A DNA stretch of 58,736 nucleotides from NCBI GenBank assembly GCA_964437665.1, contig CAYTHS010000004.1, positions 1 to 58,736 on the forward strand, written 5' to 3'. Below the pieces are notes generated by a model. It saw only the letters and a list, made by a program, of their open reading frames with translations. It ran no database searches and was not told where the DNA came from. The DNA is from an uncultured Oscillospiraceae bacterium. Lineage in GTDB: Bacteria; Bacillota; Clostridia; Christensenellales; CAG-138. The position numbers were made by a program, and so were the translations under genes. This document shows positions 1-9,039 of the stretch, in pieces; position 1 is the first letter of the stretch; each line of letters starts with the position of its first letter.

Positions 1-2
1 TC

Positions 3-1352
3 GATGCGAGTGGATGTATCGTGAGGGCGGGTGGGATCGACCCGCACTGCCATATTGCGGGCGAGCCGCTCGAACTGCTGCGTGACGCAGGAAATCCGAT
101 CGTGCCAAACGTGACACGGCTTGGAAACGAATATGCGGGGATGGGCTATACGCTCGCCGTCAACGCGGCGATGCCCGCGCTCTCCGCGCGGCGCACGATC
201 ATTGAGGAAAACGCGATCCCGCTGCTGGACACGGCGAACCTCGTCTGGGCAGGGGAAAACCCGGTATTGCTCGCACTCGCCGCGCGTGGTTCCGACGGGG
301 ACCTAGACGAATATTTAGCCTGGCTGACGGCCGTCTCCGGCGCACGCGGGCTCAAGCTGATCAATCCGCGCGGGGGGGTAAGCGAGGGCGAATTACCGTA
401 CGAAAAACTGACAGACCGTCTGATCGACGCCTGCATCCGGCTGAGATTGCCGCATCCGCTGCACTTGCACCATCCGTTCCTCGGACGCTTGGGCGCATAC
501 GAGGCGGTTGCGGAGACGATTGACCGCGCAGCGGGAAGACCGCTGCACCTTGCACATCTCCAGTTTTACGGATACCGGCAGAACGAGGCGGGACGGACCG
601 TCTCCGCTGCGGAAGCGCTGGCGGACGCGCTCAACGCGCATAAAAACGTCACCTGCGACGCCGGCGCGGTCGTGCCCGGCGTGGCCGCGGCGGTCACGGC
701 GGACGCAGAGTTTGCCAAAAAGCTTGGCAAGGGCAAGCGCGGCTTCCGAAGCGAGCTTTGGGAAGCGGGCGGCGGGTTCGGCGTACTGCCGTTGCATTAC
801 GATCCGGAGAACGTCATGGGCGCCACGCAGTTTTTGACCGGACTTGAGCTCATGCTGCGCGTCGGCGACGCATCTAGGATCTTTCTGACCACCGACCATC
901 CCAATGGAGGACCGTTTACGGCGTATCCCTATTTGATCCGTCTTCTGACGGACAAGGCGTTCCGGGACGAAGAGATCGGGATGATGAATCCGAAGGCTGT
1001 GTCGCGCAGTGCAGTTCCGTCGATACAGCGGGAATACTCGCTCTATGAAATCGCGCAGGCGACGCGCTCCGGCCCCGCATCGGCGCTCGGCCTGCCGGAC
1101 CGGGGACATCTCGGCATCGGCGCGGCCGGCGGCGTCGCCGTGTACCGCGAACAGAAAAACAAAGAAAAGATGTTCCGCAAGCCCAAAAAGGTCATCCGCG
1201 GGGGGACGCATGTGCTCGCCGCACGCGAGCGCGGCTGCGATTTGCCCCGCGTGAAACGACGCGTGTCGGACTTGCTCAGCATACCGTTTGAAGAGGCGCA
1301 CCCGGGAAACACTTTTTTCGAAGAACACCGCGTCGCGCGGGAGGAGGCGTGA
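3..1352 (+). CDS. fwdA: Formylmethanofuran dehydrogenase subunit A / FhcA-like amidohydrolase (5'-truncated by window edge)
   Basis: Frame is open from position 3 (DASGCIVRAGGIDPHCHIAG). FwdA/FhcA motifs present: GLKLINP (carboxy-Lys position), HLHH, HLQFYGY, TDHPNGGPFTAYP, REYSLYEIA..TR.GPA..LGL, GHLGIGA. Confidence 0.85.
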   Translation, partial: DASGCIVRAGGIDPHCHIAGEPLELLRDAGNPIVPNVTRLGNEYAGMGYTLAVNAAMPALSARRTIIEENAIPLLDTANLVWAGENPVLLALAARGSDGDLDEYLAWLTAVSGARGLKLINPRGGVSEGELPYEKLTDRLIDACIRLRLPHPLHLHHPFLGRLGAYEAVAETIDRAAGRPLHLAHLQFYGYRQNEAGRTVSAAEALADALNAHKNVTCDAGAVVPGVAAAVTADAEFAKKLGKGKRGFRSELWEAGGGFGVLPLHYDPENVMGATQFLTGLELMLRVGDASRIFLTTDHPNGGPFTAYPYLIRLLTDKAFRDEEIGMMNPKAVSRSAVPSIQREYSLYEIAQATRSGPASALGLPDRGHLGIGAAGGVAVYREQKNKEKMFRKPKKVIRGGTHVLAARERGCDLPRVKRRVSDLLSIPFEEAHPGNTFFEEHRVAREEA

Positions 1353-1353
1353 T

Positions 1354-2094
1354 ATGGGCGTGGTACTGACGCTGAAAAAACCGCTGGATACCCTGCTCGA
1401 TCTTGAGCCGCTTTCGGCGCACGTTTCCGCCGGCATATGGGAGATTTCAGACACGCCGCTGCGGTATGGCAGGGAACGGATATCCGCCGGAGAGCTATTT
1501 TGCGTTCGGGAAACTGAGCAGACAGGGCTGACGCTGTGCGGCGACATACACCTGGCGATCAATGTCGGCGCGGGCATGCGAAACGGCAGGATAACAGCCG
1601 AATCGACCGTCGGTGCGGGTGCGGGCGCGCGTATGGCCGGCGGCGAACTTATTATTGCCGGCGACGCGGGCAAAAAAGCCTGTTTTGAAATGCAGAACGG
1701 ATTCGTGCAGATTTTCGGGGGCGCCGGAGATGGATTCGCGCACGGGGTCCGTCGCGGAACGCTGATTCTGTACGGCCGTGCTGAGGGCGAAGCCTGCGTG
1801 GATTTTCGCGGAGGGACGGCGCTGCTGCTTGGCGGTGTCGGAGATGCGGAAAAGCTTGCGGACGGGATGTCCCGCGGCACGGTGCTGCTGCCGAAAGGTA
1901 CCGCTGCGCCGGGTGGATTTTTACGCGCAGCGAACGGCGATTTCGTATTTTTGCGGCTGCTGTTTGCGGTACTCGGGCAGCGCGGGGTTTCTCTTCCGGA
2001 AGGCTGGCCCGGCGGCGTTTTCACGTGCTGGGTCGGCGATGCGGCGGGACTCGGCAAGGGCGAAATTTTCATTCCCATGGAGGAACGCGTATGA
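1354..2094 (+). CDS. fwdC: Formylmethanofuran dehydrogenase subunit C / FhcC-like GXGXG beta-helix protein
   Basis: GAGGAGG RBS, ATG at 1354. Repeating G..M..G.I...G.AG beta-helix pattern and C-terminal GDAAGLGKGEI. Directly follows fwdA. Confidence 0.8.
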   Translation: MGVVLTLKKPLDTLLDLEPLSAHVSAGIWEISDTPLRYGRERISAGELFCVRETEQTGLTLCGDIHLAINVGAGMRNGRITAESTVGAGAGARMAGGELIIAGDAGKKACFEMQNGFVQIFGGAGDGFAHGVRRGTLILYGRAEGEACVDFRGGTALLLGGVGDAEKLADGMSRGTVLLPKGTAAPGGFLRAANGDFVFLRLLFAVLGQRGVSLPEGWPGGVFTCWVGDAAGLGKGEIFIPMEERV

Positions 2095-2945
2095 AGCGGT
2101 TTGCTGTTCTGGGGACGAAACCCGGCTGGCACTGTGAGCGGACTATTGCAGCGTTCAAGCGGCGCGGGGCAGAAGCGGAATTTGTGACCGTGGAAACGCT
2201 GGTTGCTCCACTCGGCCTGCCGGAGGCGAAAGCGCCGCTGGCGGAATACGACGGGTTGCTGATCCGTGGAATCCCCGGCGGCTCGCTCGAACAGGTCATC
2301 TATCGAATGGACGCGCTGCACGTGCTCGAGCGCGGCGGCCTCAAATGCGTCAATCCACCGAAGACGATCGAAAAGACCGTCGATAAGTTTCTAACATCCG
2401 CTCTGCTTGAACAGGCCGGTTTGCCGGTCCCTCCAACGATTTGCTGCGAGGACAGGCAGGCTGCACAGGCCGCTTTTTTTATGCTGGGTGAAGACGTGGT
2501 ATACAAGCCGCTCTTTGGTTCCTGCGGCAACGGATTGCTCCGGCTGAAGAGTGTCGGCGAGGCGGAACGGGCGTTCGGCGAAATCGAAGAAGCGGGCGGC
2601 GTTTTCTATCTGCAGAAGTTCATTCCTTCCGGAAACAGCGATATCCGCGCGTTCGTGGTCGGCGGACACGTGATTGCGGCTATGAGACGTACGGGCAGCG
2701 ACTGGTTTGCAAACGTCTCAAAGGGGGGGCGCGCACAGGCGTATGTGCTCACGGCATACGAAGAAGAACTTGCGCTCGCGGCAGCGGCGGTTGTGCAGGC
2801 GGACGTGGCGGGGGTCGATCTGCTCGCGGCCGAATCGGGAGAGACGTTCGTTACCGAGGTCAACGGCTGTCCCGGCTGGCAGGGGCTTTCGAGCGTGACG
2901 GACGCGGACATTCCGGACGAAATCGTGTCGCTGTTTTTTGATTGA
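2091..2945 (+). CDS. RimK-family ATP-grasp alpha-L-glutamate ligase, MptN/Orf5-like
   Basis: ATGA overlap with the fwdC stop. Motifs GSLEQVIYRMDAL, NP..IEKTVDK, KPLFGS.G.G, YLQKFI, DIRAFVVGG, GVDLL, EVNGCPGWQG. Context with fwdAC. Confidence 0.8.
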   Translation: MKRFAVLGTKPGWHCERTIAAFKRRGAEAEFVTVETLVAPLGLPEAKAPLAEYDGLLIRGIPGGSLEQVIYRMDALHVLERGGLKCVNPPKTIEKTVDKFLTSALLEQAGLPVPPTICCEDRQAAQAAFFMLGEDVVYKPLFGSCGNGLLRLKSVGEAERAFGEIEEAGGVFYLQKFIPSGNSDIRAFVVGGHVIAAMRRTGSDWFANVSKGGRAQAYVLTAYEEELALAAAAVVQADVAGVDLLAAESGETFVTEVNGCPGWQGLSSVTDADIPDEIVSLFFD

Positions 2946-2977
2946 GGCCAAAGGAAAAGCCGGGCGAACGCCCGGCC

Positions 2978-3173
2978 GAGACCGTAAAAAAACTTATTTT
3001 TTGACGGAGCAACCACGTTTTGCCTCTCGTCCTTCAGACTCCCGGGCGGCAAAACGCACAGAGAAACCGCCCGAAACGGGCGATCGTACTACGCCAGATG
3101 AACCGGCACAGCCGGAATATGCGGGTTAAGAGTTACGATCCTTAACAATCTCAGGGACTTCTTTGACAGGCTG
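2978..3173 (+). mobile_element. MITE-like family 1, copy A (196 bp), flanked by a 20-bp duplicated hairpin
   Basis: Ends GAGACCGTAAAAAAA...TTTGACAGGCTG. Flanks agccgggcgaacgcccggcc (2958-2977) and agccgggcgatcgcccggct (3174-3193). Body is closely similar to 56343-56537. Confidence 0.75.
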
Positions 3174-3275
3174 AGCCGGGCGATCGCCCGGCTCTTTTAG
3201 ACTTTGGAGAAAATGTGGTTTCTTTGTTTCTTTCTTTTTAAGAAAGAAGAGTGGAGTATCTCTGCTTCTCTCTTT

Positions 3276-5555
3276 TCAAAGAGAGAAGTCCCCTTTGAGC
3301 GCGGCGAGTATGCGTTCCGGCGTGACCGGCAGGTCGTTGAACGGGCGTCCGACTGCGTTGGAGACCGCGTTTGCAACGGCGGCGGCGGCGGGCACGACGG
3401 AGCACTCGCCGATGCTCTTCGCGCCGAAGGGCCCGGTGGGTTCGATCTCCTCGATCAGATCGATCATCAGGCGTTTTGGCATTTCGTTCGCGCGCAGCAT
3501 GCGATAGGTCCTGAGGGTCGCGTTTTTAACGCGGCCGTTTTCGTCCAGCAGGATTCCTTCCGTGAGCGCGTAGCCCGCGCCCATCTGGATCGCGCCTTCG
3601 ATTTGCCCGCGTACCGAAAGCGGGTTGATTGCCCTGCCTACGTCGTGCACTGCGGCGTAGTCGAGCAGTTCGACCTTTCCGGAAAGCGTATCCACGCGCA
3701 CCTTGACGATGTGCGCGCCGTAGGAAATCACGGATGCGGGGGAGGCAGCCGTCTTTTCGCTGACGAGTTCGGTGAGCTTTTTGTGCCGCGCAAACTGGAC
3801 GATCTCGCCGAGCGTTGCGCTTTTGCCGTCCGGGGTAGCCGCGTGGCCGCCGGAGAATGTGAAGTCCGCATCGCTCGTTCCCAGCAATCCGGCGGCGAAA
3901 CCGGCGAGCTTTTTACGCATGTCCTCGGCTACGAGCAGCGCCGCGCGTCCGGAGACGAATGCGCCACGGCTTGAATAGTCGCCTAGCTGATAGGGCGTCA
4001 ACTCCGTGTCGGCGGAGACGACGGAAATCATCTCCATCGGCAGGCCGAGCACTTCGGAAATCACTTGTTTCTGCAGCGTGATGGAGGCGTTGCCCATCTC
4101 GTGCGAACCCGAAAAGAGCACGCAGCTGCCGTCGTCGTTCATTTTGAGCATCATGGCCGTGACGTCGGTACGTATGCCGAACATACCGTTGCCGTGCGCG
4201 CCGACGCTCACGCCCACGCCGATGCGCAGGCGCGAAGACGCGCTTTCCGCTTGCTCGCTGAGGCATTTTTCGTAACCGATCAGTTCTGCGGCGCGGTTGA
4301 GGCAGTCGACCGGCCGCGCGTTGCCATGCGGCTGGCCGAAACGGTAGTCCAAGCCGTCCGGCAGGGTGAGGTTGATGCGTTGCAGGGTCGGCATGTCCAT
4401 GCCGAGCGTCTTTGCGGCGCGGTTCATGAGCCGCTGCTGGGCAAAGAATGTCTGCGGCGAGCCAAAGCCGCGCATCGGGCCGCCGAGCGGCGTATTGGTT
4501 ACGACAGGGTACCCAGTGAAGCGCATGTTTTTGCAGCGATGCACCTTAAAGAATTTGCCGCACATCGCCCAGACGATGTTGCTTGTACCGGAAGCGTACG
4601 CACCCGCGTTGCAATATACGCGCATGTCCTCGGCGAGGATGGTGCCGTCGTCCGCAATGCCCATCTTCAGGCGGATTTTCATCGCGTGACGCGTACGGGA
4701 GGAGACGATGTCCTCGCGGCGCGTGAAAACCAGCTTGACAGGCCGGCCGCATTGTATCGAGAGCGCCGCTGCGACGGGCTCGGTGATCATGTCCACCTTT
4801 CCCCCGAACGCACCGCCGACCGCGGGCACACGCACGCGCACGCGGCTCATCGGCAGCGAAAAGATGCGGGAAAGGTTGACGCGGACGGCGAAGCTGTCCT
4901 GAGAGGAGGTGCAGACGGTCAGCTTGCCGCCAGCGTCGTAAAACGCGACGGAACCATGCGGCTCGAGCGCGCCGTGATGGATGCGCGGCACGGTATATTC
5001 GTCCTCGAAAACGTGCGGCGCGGTCTGCATCGCCTCGTCCACGTTCCCGCAGCTCTGGCGCACGACCTCCATGAGATTGCCTTTGTAAAGACCGCCGTGC
5101 GTATGTAGCACGTACGCGTCGTCGCGCATGCCGGCTTCGGGGTCGAAGTTGACGGGCAGCGGATCGTATTCCACGCGGATAGCGCGTACGGCTGCAGCGG
5201 CAAGGGCGGGCGTTTCCGCCGCGACGGCTGCCACCCGGTCGCCGATAAAGCGGACGGTGTCGTCGAACACGCGCTCGGTTTTGAAAATATCCAGCGTCTC
5301 GCCGCTGCTGTTGTAGTAGACGGCGGGCGTGTTTTGACAGGTGACGACCGCGTGCACGCCCTCCATCGCTTCGGCGGCGGAGGCGTCTATTCTTTTGATG
5401 CGTGCATGCGGGACGGGCGAAAAGAGCAACTTACCGTAAAGCAGGCCGGGGAACTTGAGGTCGTCCACGTAGCGGAGCTGCCCGGTCGCCTTGAGCGCCG
5501 CGTCGTCGATGGGGAACGGCGTGCCGACAGACCCGTTCTGCGGCGTTTCAGTCAT
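3276..5555 (-). CDS. Xanthine dehydrogenase family molybdopterin-binding subunit (copy 2)
   Basis: Motifs ATGQLRYVDD, HGALEPH, VGGAFGGK, MRGFGSPQ, GQIEGAIQMG, GAKSIGE (catalytic Glu retained). Confidence 0.92.
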   Translation of the reverse strand: MTETPQNGSVGTPFPIDDAALKATGQLRYVDDLKFPGLLYGKLLFSPVPHARIKRIDASAAEAMEGVHAVVTCQNTPAVYYNSSGETLDIFKTERVFDDTVRFIGDRVAAVAAETPALAAAAVRAIRVEYDPLPVNFDPEAGMRDDAYVLHTHGGLYKGNLMEVVRQSCGNVDEAMQTAPHVFEDEYTVPRIHHGALEPHGSVAFYDAGGKLTVCTSSQDSFAVRVNLSRIFSLPMSRVRVRVPAVGGAFGGKVDMITEPVAAALSIQCGRPVKLVFTRREDIVSSRTRHAMKIRLKMGIADDGTILAEDMRVYCNAGAYASGTSNIVWAMCGKFFKVHRCKNMRFTGYPVVTNTPLGGPMRGFGSPQTFFAQQRLMNRAAKTLGMDMPTLQRINLTLPDGLDYRFGQPHGNARPVDCLNRAAELIGYEKCLSEQAESASSRLRIGVGVSVGAHGNGMFGIRTDVTAMMLKMNDDGSCVLFSGSHEMGNASITLQKQVISEVLGLPMEMISVVSADTELTPYQLGDYSSRGAFVSGRAALLVAEDMRKKLAGFAAGLLGTSDADFTFSGGHAATPDGKSATLGEIVQFARHKKLTELVSEKTAASPASVISYGAHIVKVRVDTLSGKVELLDYAAVHDVGRAINPLSVRGQIEGAIQMGAGYALTEGILLDENGRVKNATLRTYRMLRANEMPKRLMIDLIEEIEPTGPFGAKSIGECSVVPAAAAVANAVSNAVGRPFNDLPVTPERILAALKGDFSL

Positions 5556-6039
5556 CGTTTTCCGCCTCCTCTCGTAAAAGTTCGGCGGCGTATTGAATCG
5601 CCTCGACGATCCGCGCGTAGCCGGTGCAGCGGCAGAGGTTACCGCTGATCGCCGTGCGGATTTCCTCCTCGGTGGGGTTTGGGTTTTGATTGAGCAGTGC
5701 CTTTGCTGTGAGGATCATTCCCGGCGTGCAGAAACCGCACTGGATTGCGCCGCACTCAACGAACGCGCGCTGCAGCGGATGCAGTTTGTTGCCGCGCGCG
5801 AGCCCTTCGATGGTCAGAATAGCGTGTCCGTCCGCCTTTTTGACGGGGACGATGCACGAGCGCACGGCTTCACCGTCCATCAGAACCGTACACGCGCCGC
5901 AGTCGCCGGTACCGCAGCCGCATTTTGCGCCGGTCAGGTCGAGATGATCGCGCAGTACGGAAAGCAGCGTTGCGTTGGGTTTTGCGTGTACAAGGTAGGT
6001 TCTGTTGTTGACTACCAGTCGGTAGGTTTCCGTTTCCAT
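5548..6039 (-). CDS. (2Fe-2S)-binding subunit of a xanthine dehydrogenase family enzyme
   Basis: GAKCGCGTGDCGAC, QCGFCTPG, GNLCRCTGY. Start refined to ATG at 6039. Confidence 0.92.
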   Translation of the reverse strand: METETYRLVVNNRTYLVHAKPNATLLSVLRDHLDLTGAKCGCGTGDCGACTVLMDGEAVRSCIVPVKKADGHAILTIEGLARGNKLHPLQRAFVECGAIQCGFCTPGMILTAKALLNQNPNPTEEEIRTAISGNLCRCTGYARIVEAIQYAAELLREEAENDD

Positions 6040-6058
6040 CGTTATTTGAAAAACTCCT

Positions 6059-7267
6059 TTATTTTTCTTTAGGGCAGAGCCGGTTAAGGATGCCGGCGTA
6101 TCCACTCAGCGCGGTTTGGATTTCGTCCAGCGAAATCCATTCGTCACGCGTGTGCGCCAGCGTTTCCGCGGACGGGCCGAAACCGACGGTCGGGATACCC
6201 GCTTCACCCGCGTAGTGGCTGCCGTTGGTACAGAAATTGTAGTGTGTGATCGCGGGCGAAACGCCGCCCTCGCGCAGGCCGGCGAGCACCTCCTGCACAA
6301 ACGGCGCGTCGCTTGCAAACGACCATCCGGGGAAGAAACGTTCGCCCGTAATCGTTTCGCCGGTGTAACAGCGCTGTTCGCTTTGCGCATACGAGACCTT
6401 TGCCGAAAGCTGAGGGATCTCATTTTTCGTTTCATCCAACGCGGCCAACAGGGGCGCGAGCACACTTTCCTTCGTTTCGCCGACGAGCAGCCGCCGGTCG
6501 TAGGTCGCGCGACAGTAACTCGGCACGACCGAGGCGCCGGGGTACGGCTTGGACTTGATATCGGTCAGTTCGAGGATACCGGGGCCGAGAACGCTCGAGT
6601 GCGGCGGAATGATTTCCCGGATGCGGCGCACGAGCTCTGCCATGTGGTAGACTGCGTTCACGCCCTTATGGGGGCTGGCGGAATGAGCGCTTTTGCCGAA
6701 TGTTTCCAAAACGATCTCCGCTCGTCCGCGCTGACCGATCTTGAGATTGCATTCCGAAGCTTCGCCGATTATAACGAGGTCCGGTTCGACCCGCGCGCTG
6801 ATTTCACGCGCTGCGACGCCTTCGAAACATTCCTCATGCACAACGCCCGCGACGGCGATTGCGCCCGCAAAGTGTCCGCCGGTCTTTTGCCAGTGTGCGG
6901 CGGCGGCCGCCGCCATGCATGCGAGCGCGCACTTCATATCGGAAGCGCCGCGCCCATAGAGCCGGCCGTCAGCGATCTCGGCGGCAAAGGGCGGATGCGT
7001 CCAGGCGTTCTCGTCCACGACCGGGACGGCGTCCATATGCCCGTCGAGCAGAATCGTTTTGCCGGGTATGTCGCCGTGAAAAACCGCGATGAGACTGCCG
7101 CAGCGGTCGATGAAGATTTCACCTGCGCTGCGCGAGCGGAAAAAAGCCGCAAGCACGTTTGCGACGCCCTCTTCTTCTCCGGAAACACTCGGTTCGGCGA
7201 TGAGTTCACGGCAGAGGGAAAGACAATCGTTCAACAGTTGCCCGTTCGGGGCGGATTGCTGATTCAT
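6059..7267 (-). CDS. M20 family amidohydrolase, YgeY-like
   Basis: DGHMDAVP, GRGASDMK, HEECFEG, GQRGRAEI, SAHSASP, FCTNGSHYAGEAGIPTVGFGP, AHTRDE. GGAGG RBS before ATG at 7267. Confidence 0.85.
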   Translation of the reverse strand: MNQQSAPNGQLLNDCLSLCRELIAEPSVSGEEEGVANVLAAFFRSRSAGEIFIDRCGSLIAVFHGDIPGKTILLDGHMDAVPVVDENAWTHPPFAAEIADGRLYGRGASDMKCALACMAAAAAAHWQKTGGHFAGAIAVAGVVHEECFEGVAAREISARVEPDLVIIGEASECNLKIGQRGRAEIVLETFGKSAHSASPHKGVNAVYHMAELVRRIREIIPPHSSVLGPGILELTDIKSKPYPGASVVPSYCRATYDRRLLVGETKESVLAPLLAALDETKNEIPQLSAKVSYAQSEQRCYTGETITGERFFPGWSFASDAPFVQEVLAGLREGGVSPAITHYNFCTNGSHYAGEAGIPTVGFGPSAETLAHTRDEWISLDEIQTALSGYAGILNRLCPKEK

Positions 7268-7322
7268 AGAATCCTCCAGGTTATGCAGCTGCCTGCAAAT
7301 ATAGGACGCGCAGGCGGTTGCG

Positions 7323-8219
7323 CTATTCTTGCGGGCGTTCGATTTCGTCCAGAAGGGGACTAGTGCGCGCGCCGGAGCGTTCAATTGCAAACGCGGCGCA
7401 GCGATTGGCGAATGAAAGCCGGTTCTTCGGCGCGTCGCCGCGCAGTTCCGAAAAGAGGTACGCCGCCGCAAATGCATCCCCCGCGCCGGTGGTGTCGACG
7501 ACGCGTGCGGGGGCGGGCGGAGAGAATACAAAGCCGTTTGGGATGCAGAGCGCCGCGCCGCGCGCACCCTGTGTGACCAAGAGCGATGGAACGCCTTGGG
7601 AAAACAGCGCGTCCGCGCCGGAACGGACGTCGTCGCTTCCGGTCAGTTTTGCCAGTTCCGGCGTACTCAGAAGCATTGTGTCGCAGGCTTGCACCAGCGG
7701 CGCGATTTCAGCCAGACCGTAACCGCAAAGCACCCCGCCCGGCGCAAAAAATACGCGGCCGCCATGCGCGCGTACGCGTCGTGCGGCCTCGACGCCCACC
7801 GCGGGAAACGACTCGGCGATATAGAGCGCGTCCGCTGAAAAATCGATCCCGTCAAGCTGTGAAACGTCGGTATAGACCGCGTCTCCGCCGAGCGAAAACA
7901 TAATTCGCTCGCCATTTTCATCGACGGCGATGAACGCGCCCGCCGTACGTCCCTGCGGAAGGCGGAGCAGGTGCGCGCAGGAAACCCGTTCGTCTGCAAA
8001 CGCGCGTATGATTGCGTCTCCGTCCGCGTCCCCTCCGACGGTGCCGAGGAAAACGGTTTCTGCACCGAGGCGGCTCAGTGCGACCGCAACGTTCGCCGCG
8101 GATCCGCCGGGGATGCGCCTGATTTCCAGCGGGGAAACGATGTCGTCCTGTTGTGGGAAAGTCTGGACGCGCGCGACGGTGTCCATTGCGGCGGCGCCCA
8201 TGACAAGAATGCGGTTCAC
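7323..8219 (-). CDS. PfkB/ribokinase family carbohydrate or nucleoside kinase
   Basis: GGSAANVAVALSRLG, VGGDADG, VVDTTGAGDAFAA. GTG start. Confidence 0.9.
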   Translation of the reverse strand: MNRILVMGAAAMDTVARVQTFPQQDDIVSPLEIRRIPGGSAANVAVALSRLGAETVFLGTVGGDADGDAIIRAFADERVSCAHLLRLPQGRTAGAFIAVDENGERIMFSLGGDAVYTDVSQLDGIDFSADALYIAESFPAVGVEAARRVRAHGGRVFFAPGGVLCGYGLAEIAPLVQACDTMLLSTPELAKLTGSDDVRSGADALFSQGVPSLLVTQGARGAALCIPNGFVFSPPAPARVVDTTGAGDAFAAAYLFSELRGDAPKNRLSFANRCAAFAIERSGARTSPLLDEIERPQE

Positions 8220-8220
8220 C

Positions 8221-9036
8221 TCACATCACCCCGATGCCGAGCGTGGAGGTATAGATCAGCGCAGCGATCAGCACGAGCACCGCGATGCAGGCGGCGGACG
8301 CACCGGCGCTCGTCTTAACCGGACGAACGAATTTGGACTTTTTCGTTGCGCCGAAACCGCGCGCTTCCATGGTCAGCGCGATGTCCGAGCCGATTTCCAG
8401 AGAGTTCGAAAGCAACGGCGTGACGATGCGCATCATTTTCTTAAGCTTCACGCCTAACTTGCCTTTTTCCAACTCCATGCCGCGTGTCTTCTGCGCGTTC
8501 ATGAGGTTGATGGCCTGCCCGCGGATGATCGGGATGAAGCGCCAGGCGGTAGAGAAGATGAACGTGAGCTGTTTGGCCGCGAACGGCAGCTTACTTAGGC
8601 CGCGGATAAACTCCGTTGGCGGGACGGTGAAACCGAGAATCGCGATGGCGAACACCACCATATAGATCTTCAGGCACGCCGCAAGGCCGTAGAGCAACCC
8701 GCCGAGCATGACCGCGCCTTTTTGGTTTGGCAGTACATAGAACAAAACGGTCTTTTGAATCCATTCGCTGCGGATTAGGCTTGTGTCGATCGTAAACGCC
8801 TGAATCACAAGGATCAATACGGACGCAAACAGCGCGAATTTCAGAAACCACGCGATCTGCTTCCACGGGAAGCGGCAGCTTACGCCGGCGAGGTAAAGTG
8901 CGAGCGTCAGCGCGCCGAGGAAGAGAACGTTCGTCCAGACGATCGAGGCTACGATCACAAACAGCACGACCAGCATGGACACCTTCGGATTAAGGCGGTG
9001 CGCCCACGTATCCATTTTCCGGTAATCGACCAGCAT
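8221..9036 (-). CDS. ecfT: ECF transporter transmembrane T component
   Basis: Hydrophobic. N-terminal HRLNP.V, with AQKTRG and MEARGF conserved Arg motifs. Confidence 0.9.
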   Translation of the reverse strand: MLVDYRKMDTWAHRLNPKVSMLVVLFVIVASIVWTNVLFLGALTLALYLAGVSCRFPWKQIAWFLKFALFASVLILVIQAFTIDTSLIRSEWIQKTVLFYVLPNQKGAVMLGGLLYGLAACLKIYMVVFAIAILGFTVPPTEFIRGLSKLPFAAKQLTFIFSTAWRFIPIIRGQAINLMNAQKTRGMELEKGKLGVKLKKMMRIVTPLLSNSLEIGSDIALTMEARGFGATKKSKFVRPVKTSAGASAACIAVLVLIAALIYTSTLGIGVM

Positions 9037-9039
9037 GTG

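Noticed and set aside
393-2321. 642-aa minus-strand ORF
   Set aside because: Shadow of fwdA/fwdC/rimK in GC-rich DNA; Arg/Pro/Ser-rich with no motifs.
3204-5108. Plus-strand ORFs of 256 and 347 aa
   Set aside because: Antisense shadows of the Mo-subunit gene.
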